From: Orbicella franksi
Lineage: Eukaryota
DNA length: 64,000 bases
NCBI GenBank assembly: GCA_964199315.1
Contig: OZ116700.1
Coordinates: 1,178,001-1,242,000 of the forward strand
Direction of reading: 5' to 3'
The translations under genes and the position numbers were made by a program. Below the pieces are notes generated by a model. That model made no database searches, was not told the DNA's origin, and was given only the letters and a program-made list of their open reading frames with translations. Below, in pieces: positions 45,922 through 57,400 of this stretch (positions are counted from its first letter, which is position 1; every line of letters starts with the position of its first letter).

Positions 45922-48900
45922 ATGGAGGGACATAATATTTCAACTTTTATCAGGAATCGAGAAGTAAAGGTAAATTAAAGTTTATGTTGTGAATTGCGAA
46001 CAATACATACACTCTGCTGGAGCACCACAATTTACATTTCTTCATTTGTGGATTGTCTTCTTGTAGTCGTCCATCACGCGAGCGTTTCAGAGAAGATTTC
46101 AACTTCATTCGCCGTTTGTCGAAAGACTTGGATTAGAAAGGGAGCTCGAGGTAAAATGAAAACTTTTGGATACTCAGATGCATGATTTAGTATAGTTCTA
46201 ACTTGTTGTTAATGACTATGTATGCGGCTCTTTCTTGCCAAACTGTAAGCTTACATGTCTTTGAGTGTTTACTTTCGGTCTGTGTGGATCGGTTATGTTG
46301 TGGGATTCAATCAACTGTCAAGTGTCCGTCGTTTGATTGTCACGTCTTTCATTACGCGTATACAAGATGCAAAGCAACTGGGGATTTCACGGAAATCTAA
46401 ATCCAGGCTTTTAGTCTGCATTTACATGTAGCTAATTTCATGCAGACCGCGCCAATGTTCGCCATTTGTCAATGCAAAAATAGTTATTTGGGATAAACAG
46501 GAATGTTAAAGAACGTAATTAGCTATATAACACTATTTTGTAAACCCTTTATATAATCCAAAAATCCATCAGGAGATATAAAATTATTCTTTGAAACATA
46601 CGTGTCAGAAACTATAGTTGTATGTCCGAGATTTTTCAGGAAAAATATTTTAACACTCCCAAAATGCGTTATGGATATTGCTCGCGAGTTCTCAGCTATG
46701 CGATATAGAAAGTGGCTATTAAATCTAATTTTAACTTGACCATGCATATAGAACAGCGGAAGCAAGGAAGACTCGAGAATTTTCGTTTATCGTTATTATT
46801 TGGAGATGCAGTAAATTAACCCTTCTTTTGAAAAAGTGCATTGAAACTTTTAAAATGTGCATAATTACATACAGTATAAATTATATGGCGATTTTAATGG
46901 TCTAATTAACAATTATTGGATGAGGTTGAGCATGATAGCCTTGAAGGCCGAGGTTTGTGTTAGCTGCAGAAGGCTGGATAACACAAGCTAAGGCCTTGAT
47001 AACCGAGGCAAAACTTGATGCCAAATCCTCCATTGCAAAATTGCCCAAAGTGCTGGTAAGCCTGTTGGGTGAAGTCGCTTCTGCATGTGACTATTGTCCA
47101 TAGGTATGACTTCACTTTTGTTTTAAAACTATTGTCTGTAGGTATGATGTTATGAAACAGTACCAGCATCAATTAGCTAGGTGCTTTGAACCAATCAAAC
47201 TGAAAGTGACATAATAATACATGTGATTAAATTTATCTCTCAATTGTCATGTGATGTCCATTGAGTGCTTGAAAGGCATTTGACCACTTGGAAATTCTGT
47301 GTACTATAATGAACTAGTCCATGGAAAGTCCTAGTCTCCCAGATCCCAGTCAGACAGGGGATAGCAGGACCATAAACTTAGGGGGTGATAAGCCTGTCAG
47401 CCAAAGTGAGCTGAGAATCAAAATAGTGCCTGTTACACATCATTATGCATTGCACTGCATCATGACCAAACCAACAACCACATATTGCAGCTACTCTGAT
47501 CAGTCTTCTTCAGCTGGAAAATCTCTGGGGATTAATTGCTTTGTCAGTCTTAGAAGTGGTCAGTGCACCAATAATCTTCTCTTGACGATACTCCATCTCA
47601 CCCCTCTTTGAGGGTACTGGAGCTGTTTCTTGAGGCCATTCTGATTCGGGTAGTTGGAGAAACTCTGGTCCGTTACACCATCTCTTGCTTAAATCTTGCA
47701 CAGCTGTCCCATGGGAAACATCATCTGCTACAATGAATTCTCCTGGAACACTGACTTGGATTGGAGTTACTCTGTATCTCACCAACTCTTGTGTATACAA
47801 ATGGTTTAAAGCTTCCAGACGTACTTTGAATCCATGTTAACACAATCTGGGAAGAACATGACATTCTTGAATTTAATTCTTGACTCTTCTTGAATGATCT
47901 TTGCTTCGCAAGATGCAAGTACGGCAGCTTGGAGCTCTAGGCGTGGGATGGTTAACTGTTTCAGTGGTGACACTCTAGACTTGGCTGTTATGAGCTTGAC
48001 CTCATACATGTCATACCTTCCTCTTTGTCAGATATTAGGCGCAGGCTCTGAAGGCTTATTGTGAAGTGTCAGAAAACATGCACAGTGTTGCTTGCTCAGT
48101 GGCGCCAATTGTTAACAGGCCTCTCAGGAAAGACACATGATCGAGTTCCAATATTTCTTGGAACAGTCTCGTCCACTGATCTCGAATTGTGGGCAGTAGC
48201 TCCTCATCCCAGCCAATTCCTAATTGCCACAGGTGTTGAATACCAATCTTTGCTCTGATCAGGAATGCAGAGGCGAGCCCGATAGGACGTAGACACAAGT
48301 GACTTAATACTCATTATTATATAAACACCAGTGAAATACCAGGATTTTTCCGTTTACCAAAAAATCATATCTTCATTGTGTGCAGTGAAGATACTATGTT
48401 TATCTTTTACACTGTGAAGATATCATTCCTTTTTGATAACATTTTTCTTTTGTCCCTTTAACTACACTTAAATTTGTTGATGTATGATTGAAACATCTTC
48501 GGATCTTCTTCGGTCGTCTTCGGCAATCTTCAGTAATCTTCGGGAAATGTTTGGAAATGTTTGGAAAATGTGCGGAAGCGTCTGTCTGGCCTTCAGAACA
48601 ATTTTGGAAATTCTTCGGAAATCTTCGGAAAGTGGTCAGAAAGCTTCGGAAAATCATTGAAAACGTTGTCATTAGTATGTTCATTTATTATATGGTTGTG
48701 TCTCACAAGGACTGGGAACTACCGAATTCACGAATTTGATTGGCTGAAATCGATATTGACCGCAGTCTAGATTTTCCCATCTAGACCGGCACCTAGACCG
48801 GTTTCATTTTGCGTTGAAAAAGTAGCAAACTAAAATAAAAATGTTTACTATTTTCTTTTATTTTCTTTTCAATCATTTATGGACGTGCCAAAAAGCCTGA

Positions 48901-51395
48901 TGACAAAAAAAAAAGTAAAGAGAACAAGCAAATTTCGGCAGGTTTAAGTTAAGTTCATCGCCCTTCGGAGGCAAAATGTCAGCAAACCAGTTACATCAAA
49001 GTTTTTTTCTTTGCCATAAAATAAACATCTTATTAGCTGAGCTAAGTCAATCTGTATGGGAGAATCTTGACCTCGGTCTTGTGTACAGACCTCACTGTGT
49101 TTGGTCTGTACTCACGACCTTGGTCAAGATTCTCCCATACAGACCTCCAGCTCGGTTAATAAGAGCTAAATAATAAACAGAACATTACATGCCTGCTTGT
49201 GGATATGAATTTTATCTTCTCTTGTTCAAGTCAATATCTCACTCATTCGCTGCGCTCATTCATGAGATATTGAGTTTAACACTCAAAGATAACATTTGTA
49301 TCCACACGCAGACATGTGATATCCTCTATGTATCACCTGCTTGGTCAACATAACTTGGCCTTGATCTGTAAGGTCTAGGGTTTTAAATGAGTCTGCGTTG
49401 ACTTTAAAAAGAAGTTCATCAGTCCTGGGATTCCATACAACCCCTAGAACCTTGTCGTCGTCTTCTCCTTCAAACACTTCTGTAACATCTGAAATCTTCT
49501 GCCTATCGGTGTTTATTAGATCCTTGTTTGAAATCCAACCTTTGAAACTGAATCCACCTTCCTTCAACACACTATCAATATCTTTACTGAGCCTTTGTGC
49601 TTCTTCAACAGTGTCCACAGAGTCACAAATGTCATCCATGTAGAAGTTATTAGTGAGGACCTTTGCCACGTCAGGATTTGTAGCTTGACTTTCTTGCACT
49701 GTTTTGCGAAGAGCAATTTTTGCCTTTGCTGGGGATGGCTTTTCACCAAAAGTTAAAACTGTTTTAACATACATGTATGGTTCTCAGCTGGTACCTAAAT
49801 TCCTCCACAGGAAAGTGTGAACGTGTTGATCATGCGGGGTATCAAAATGCGGTGATACATCTTGGAACTATCACCCAGTAAGGCCACTTTCTTCTCTCTA
49901 ATATGCAGAACAACTCCGAAGAGACTGTTTAGCATGTCTGGGCCTTTCAACCAATAGTCATTAAGCCGATGACTTTGAAACATAGACAATGAGTTAAACA
50001 CTATCTGGACAGGTGTTCTTTTCTTCTCAGGCCTGACGACCACATGGTGAGGTATGTAATGAACTGGGCCTTGATAACTTCAACTTCCTGCTTTGTCAAC
50101 TTTCTGCAAAATTTCATTTCTTGCATCTCTTTCATCTGGGCATCATAGGCCTTTGCATGGTCTGGGCTGGATTTAAGCAGAGGTTCTGTTGATACTAATC
50201 ACTTCAGTGCCAGTGAGTTGTTGTCAGGAAGAAAGTTAAGATTTTTTTTCCATGGATACGGTATCATCCACTGTTTACCGACTTTTTTGCATGACTTTTC
50301 GTTGACTTGCAGCTCTTCCGTTTCAATTTGAGTAAGTTTATCAGCTTGGCATATGCACGGCTTAACAGCAACGTCCATCTTTTAAATTATTTAACTTACT
50401 TACAAATTATAATCATTATGATAATAATGTTACTATGGTTTGGATCAGGGTTCGTATGGGTTTGAAAAAATAAGCAATTTAATCACTTTGCTTGACTGTG
50501 TTAATAATTGTAAAATCATTTTTTTTCCACCAGGGTCACTCTGGCTGTGTCAATTGCTTGGAATGGAATGAAAATGGAAAGTTAGTGTTACTTCATTTTA
50601 TCGTTTGACATAGCAAGTAATTGGTTCTACTTATTCTTATATCTTTTGGTATCCTTTTGCCACCAAATAAAATACTTCAATCTGTGCAAGGAATGCACCA
50701 AGGGACAAATAATGTATTGATCCTCACCTGCTTTTAAACAGACTGCTTTTGTGTTTGGTTATATCTAGATATGCCTGAAAGTTCAGATAAACCTTTTAAA
50801 ATTGCATCCATACTAAGGGTGCCAAATGGTAAATGCATGTTTTTCTTTGTGAGGCCAAGGTATTTTGATTTTTTTTTAAAAAAATTGCAAGACTGAGGCT
50901 ATCTGGAACTGGAAATTCAATATTTCACGATGTTTTTATATCGTAGAACATGTTATTTTTTTCCTAGTGCCAAAATGATGTGGGGGTATGTTTTGTGGAA
51001 TTCAGACAATTTAGGATTAAGCTTTTCTCTGAAATTTTAAAGTTTCATTATTAAAATTCAATATATCAAGGGACTTTAGACTTCTTTATCCTTGCAAAAA
51101 ATAGAGACCTAGATACAGCCTTGTAAAAGAAGACACTGCAAGAAGCCCATATTCACTAAAAAAACAAGACTGTGAGATATTAATTATTAGTATCACCCAA
51201 CTAGTGGACTAATACAAATCCTGCATTTTGATTGGCTACGCTACCAGGGGACTATCAGTAATAGTCATCGAGTAGCGAAATTGGTGCCATTGAGCGTGAC
51301 GCTTTCTTTCGTTTTATTCCCAAATAAATATTTCTTCAACTTGCATTTGCTAACTTTATTATTGCCTTTTCTGTCCGACTAGTTGGGTGATACTA

Positions 51396-51429
<34 letters not shown>

Positions 51430-54400
51430 GTCTAATTGTTAATTATCCATTGTTGTTTCTATTGGTGATCCTGACCAATTTTTTAACCCTCTCTATTTGA
51501 AACCACTTTTCTTTTCCCCTGAGAGTTCAAAACAGAATTTTAACTATTTTCTGTATTTTCTTAAGCTTGGTTTTCTTGACAACCTACTATGCCAAACAAA
51601 ATCATTGCACGGTCACACTATACCCACTATCGGAAACAATTTTTCTTTTTCTGTGAGAGTTTGAGATAGTGAGAATCCCTTTTTTATGATTCAACATGTT
51701 CTTTTTTCATAGCCTCCTTGTGTCTGGGTCAGATGATCTTAATGCAATATTGTGGGATCCACTCCAATGTCAGAAAAAGTGTTGCATCAAAACAGGACAC
51801 TCTGGAAACATCTTCTCTGTCAAGGTATCACATTTAGCATTGTGAATATCAATTCAAGTAATGGAGCTAGGGCTATGCCATAGCCTGTGTTAAGGACTGG
51901 TACTAGGGTTAGGGTTACCAACATGGCAGCGGTTATTAATATGTATTTTTCTTTTCATTTATTGATGTTTGCCACACCAAAAAGATTAGTTAGTTATGAT
52001 TTAAACTAAATCATGGTGAGAAACTACCGGTAGTGGTGAAGCTGAAAGAAACTGCAAAGCTTATGACTGTGTGATTCCTTCTTCCCAGTTAATGTAGACA
52101 AACGTAAGATACATGTAGATACAACATACATACTAAATCAGTTCATTTACATGATGTATTTAGTAGGTGAGTAATAATAAGAGTGACAGTTAGAGAGTAA
52201 TTCAGCAAGAAAATTTTGCTTGGGTGCCAAAATGGCCTTTGAAACCTGTTTAGGGTCCAGATGTTTTAGAAGAGGAAGTGGTGAGACTTTTTAGCATTCT
52301 GACTTCCTTTTATCAACAATGAGACACCTTTGGAAGTCTTGGGACTGAAGTCACTCCACTCACATCCTCCATATTAACAACAAAATAACAATAGCCACAA
52401 ATATTTTAACAGGATGGCCAATCAGTGTATTAAACACGGATCTGCTAAATCTGCGAGCCAGCGAGCCATGCAAGCCACGGTGCGAGCCATGCCAGCCATG
52501 CCAGCCATTTTTGCGAGTACTTTTTTTTTCTTCGATCGGTCTGGGAGGTCGTCCATCATTTCACCAAGAAACATCTAGCGCCCGACTATCACTAAATTAA
52601 ACTACCGCTATAAACCGCCCGCTCGCCATCTTGAAAGCAGAGATGACCCTGGGGACGAGTATAAACAGTACAACCTCGCTCCTAGGGTACTCTCTCTTTC
52701 CCTGGGAAATTAATTTTAAATTTATCTACAAAAGTGCCTAAAATTGAAATATTCCCAGAAAAAGTCCTAATCTCGCTTCGGTTGCCAGAACTATTGTTAG
52801 TGCGTCAAATATGAAAAATGCTCTAAACATCTGTACATCGTGCCAAGTCTTGCGTCATAGTAATGGTTGCCCTGAGTTGGACGAATTTTTTTCTTTGTTT
52901 CATATTTTTGTTATGTGTAGAACTTAGAACGTAGTTTCTGTTTCTGAGATTTCGGCTGTGAATTTGATCGTTGGGTGAAAACTGTTTGCCATTAGAAGGA
53001 AATCTCTTATTTTGTCTTTACTTGTGTTCCACATAGATATGACGTCATCGATGAATCTTTTCCAAAAGATGGGTTTCGTGTTGCTTTGTCTGAGTATTTC
53101 TATTTCTATTTTGGCCATAAATATGTTAGCAAAAGCTACGGCCATTTTCGTTCTCATGGCTGTTCCATGAGTTTGGAGGTAATCTTTTCCACTGAATTGG
53201 AACGAGTTTTCTTGTAAAATCAGAGTGAGCATTTCTCTTAAATACCTAGGAATTGGAGGGTTCTCGTGATAAAACTCTTCGTATGCTTTGCATACTGTGG
53301 TAATACCCTCTTCCTGTGGTATGTTTGTGTAGAGGCTGGTGACGTCCATTGAGACAAGAATGGTGTTCTTAGGCAGTTTAGTCTTCTCGATGAAGTTAAG
53401 AAAGTCTGCTGTATCTTTAAGATACGAGGCTTGTCTTTGTGCTATCGGCTGAAGAAGGTGGTCAGCAAAAGATGAGATCCTTTCTGTAGGGCCGTCACAC
53501 CCTGATATAATAGGTCTACCGACAGGTGTCGGTTTGTGAATCTTTGTAAGTGTGTAAAACACTGGTATTCGCGGAGGGTCGGGCATAAGGGAGAGCCATT
53601 TGGCCGTCATTTCGTCCATGTGGCCTTCTTGAAGTAGTGATCGAATCAATCGATGAACTTTTTTGCCCGTGGTGTCAACCATAGGTTTGTCGAAGGATCG
53701 GTATGTATATCATCAAGTTGGACTTGACCCTCATTGAATTTATCTGTTCTGTTCATTATGACAGTTGTGGTACCCTTATCGGCTTTCCATGCATTGTGAG
53801 GCATTTGTAGCTATTTGATTTTTTTAGCTTGGCTTCTGATTGGGCGATTCAAAAAACGTCTTGGTGACGGTTTGTGTAGTCGCTGCAAGAATTTAATACA
53901 TGTATTGCGATCTTATTCATCTTGTCCCGTTGCTCTTGTTCTTGTTCTGATTGGCTAATTCAAAAAACGCCCCTAGTGACGGTTTGTGTAGTCGCTGCAA
54001 GAATTTAATATTGCGATCTTATTCATCTTGTTCCGTTGCTCTTGCTCTTGTTCTCATGCGAATATAAATGTAACATAAAAATTCTTAACATTTGTACTGT
54101 GGCTCGCATGACTCGCATGACTCACATGGCTCGCATGGCTCGCATGGCTCACCCCTTGGCTCGCATGGCTCGCTGGCTCGCAGGTTTATAAAACTCATTA
54201 AACACTGTTATCAGAGGGGTTCTGTAAAATAAACTATAGTGAAAATAAAGTAAAAATGGGTGAAAAAAGGCGTTCAAAATTAGTAAAAATGTTCACTTAA
54301 GCTTTTGCTTAATATAAATCTTGAAGTTATGGATCTAAATTCAATTGGTAGTTCATTACAAATCTTGGCTCCTTGATAGTGAAAGCTCTTCTTCCCAAAT

Positions 54401-57400
54401 TCAAGGTGAACTTTAGGTAGTTCACTGATAAACCATGATTGTTCCTCGTATTGACTCAGTGCAGCTGTGTTTCAAGACATGACGTTCTTTGTAGCACCAC
54501 CAAACTCAAATCAGGAACAAAAACACTATTGAGATAGAGCTCTCAATGTTAACTTCATCTTGATAGACAGGAACTTTAGTTTTACTGAGTGTAGTAATGA
54601 TGGCTAAATTCACTTCTTCTCTCACTACTTTGCCCTGACCTTGTCAAGGTGGAAGAGATATCATTATTTATTCAAGAAGTGATTTTATTTTGTAGCAATG
54701 TTAAATCTTATTCTTGGATCACTTAGAGGATTGATAGCATGCAATATCAAAATCTTTTGTGAAAACAGTCTTACTCTTACTCACTGTCTCAATATTCATG
54801 CAAGTTTTGAACTGACCATAAAGAGTTTTCTGCTGTTAAAGTTGAAATGCTTCTACAGTAGTTGTGTTCCTTGATACGCACATTATCATGTTGAAGCTGA
54901 AGGAGGTCAAATCAACTTGCTATATGTCGGATCTTCCCTTCAACATCTTCTTGAGAGGTCAAAGGATTTGACCTCATAAATTGAGGACATATAAAATGGA
55001 ATGGCCAATTTCCCTCTGAGATGTGCCTGCAGGGAATCTTGGCATGTATTCTTGGACTGGATGTTTGTTTTGATGAATATAACTACCATGATTCCCTGAA
55101 GGTGCATCTCATTGAGAGAATTGGCCATTGCTCTGTGGGGGATAATATTTTGAAATACAGAGAATGTTAATTGCGTTCATGAAGTGTAGCACAATCCTAA
55201 TCCAGTCTGTATAGAGAGTTTTTGGAACGGATTTGTTTGCTGACTTGGGCTCGTCATCAAGATTGAACATTTTGTAGCTTGAGGCAAATGGCCAAGAACT
55301 GTGGTCAGAAAACAAATATTTCGGGTTGTGTAGCTTGGCAAATGGCCAGGATATGTGGTTAGAAAATGAAATTTTCCCAGTTGTAGCTCAGACTAGCTTA
55401 GCAAGTGACCATGATTTGTTGTCAGAAAACAAACTTATAATTTATTTATCGCTTGTTCAACTTCATAATAATAATAATAATAATAATAATAATCTTTAGT
55501 GAGGGAATCCAACTCACCAAAGGCGGTTTTCAGTGGAGCCCTTCTAAATAAAAATCACCTAAAAATGACGTAAATAAGAATTACCTAATAAATTAGCTAT
55601 CATTCGATCAAAGTTTGTTGACCTAATATGCAAAGTACATGCGTGAACGCACTGCTCTAATCTTTGATTACTACTTGTATTGAAATTGTACATTAACATG
55701 TTTTTGTATTATTTGCTAAATCAGAAATCTATATGAGATTGTGATGAAACTGAAAACTAAAATGACTAATAGTTTTTCTTGGCTGAGTTATTAGCCATTT
55801 AAAACATGAAATTTCACTGGTTTGGCTTTTCTTTTCACCATGTTTCTGCCATTTTTGACCTAAGTTAACTCAATGTAATGTATAAAGAACTTCTTTATTT
55901 GTATGTGAAGTTTCTACAAATTATGTAGGTTGGGTTTTTTCCCTTAAGACAAGCTTAGTAGAAAAACTTTTGAACCGAAATAAAATGAAAAATTATTGAT
56001 TAACAAATGGAGGCAGCATAATGGTTACTTCCCAACTTCCACCACCTGTTCAAGACTAATCAATGTTTTTTGATTAGCCTCTAGCATTTAAAATAAACTT
56101 TAACAACTTATTGTTATGAATTCAAAATTAACCATCCTACCCACATTTTTCATAGTTTTTGCCACAGATTGGAGACAGAATCATTGCAACAGCTGCTGCG
56201 GATGCTAAAGTTCAGATCCATACAGTAGAAACACAGGAGACATCGCAAGTATATAAATGTCATATTGGGCGTGTGAAAAGACTTGCTACAGCTCCGGACA
56301 CTCCATACATGCTGTGGAGTGCATCTGAGGATGGAACTATAAGGTAAGGAGAAAGGCAAGTGCACCAGCCATGTTCCTTGGTATCCTGGGTATGGCTTGG
56401 GTGATGGGGCTTGTTGTGATGGACCAGTGAATGTGGCACAAATGACTGTTATTCCTTCCTTGTGCATCTACTTTACCGAACAAAATTAAGGAATATTTGG
56501 TGCCTTATTCTTGTAGCAAACAGTTTGTTTTTAATAATAGTTATTAATAATTTTATATTGATTCAACTAAAGTGTAATTTCTTATTTCTCACAGGCAATT
56601 TGATCTACGACAACCACATACTTGCAACACAAGCAGTAAAAACTGTAAGAATGTTCTTATAAACCTAAATATTTATGTTGGTGCCATGGCAGAGGCAAAG
56701 TGTCTTGCAATAAATCCTCTACAGCCTGAACTTCTTGCAGTTGGGTGCAATGACCCTTTTGTACGACTGTATGATCACAGAATGTTAGCATCACATAGTT
56801 TCTCAGAGGTGAAGAAGCCTTTTAGCAACAGTAGCAACAGTCCTGAAGATGCAAAACTACCTCCTGGATGTGTTCAGTACTTTGCTCCAGGCCATTTGCC
56901 ACCACAGTTAAGCAAAAATTCACGGAGGCGATTTCGAGCTTATGTTGCTACCTATGTAAACTTCTCCCCTAGTGGACAAGAGCTGATTGCGAATTTAGGT
57001 GGTGAACAAATATACCTGTTTGATATTAAACAGCGTCGAAAAGTAATGAAGTACCAGGGAGTAAATGGGTTTACTTCATCACTTACTTCAAATGGTGTGG
57101 TCAAAAGTGTTGTAGATAATTGTGGTTTTTCTGCAAATAAAAATGGTTTTTCATCATCTGCTAATGGAGCTACAAATGGTTACAAAATCTCAAATTTAAA
57201 TGGGAAGAGAACTGTCACAGACAAAACACCTTCCAAGTCCATCTGTAGCAGCAATCATTCAAGTAACATCTCTCAGGAGTTGCCACCCAGAGCTCTTGAA
57301 CTTAAGGCTAAAGGAAATGATGCCTTTTGCCAACAACAGTTTTGGACAGCTGTCAACCTTTATAATGAAGCGATATCTCATGCCTCTGATTCTGCTGTCC

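Noticed and set aside
50649-50658. Consensus U12 donor GTATCCTTTT in WDTC1 intron 3
   Set aside because: There is no matching branch site before 51712, and the GT at 50581 already gives the correct frame; probably chance.
51903-51916. Telomere-like TAGGGTTAGGGTT (also CCTAACCCTAACCC near 6115)
   Set aside because: Only about two units each; not an interstitial telomeric array.
54560-55130. Possible decayed transposase (RIDSMQYQNLL faintly resembles a Tc1 motif)
   Set aside because: A single weak motif amid many stops, with no TIRs; not supportable without a search.
55741-55790. Box C (GTGATGA) and box D (CTGA) snoRNA-like pair
   Set aside because: Too short, with no terminal stem and no recognisable guide sequence.
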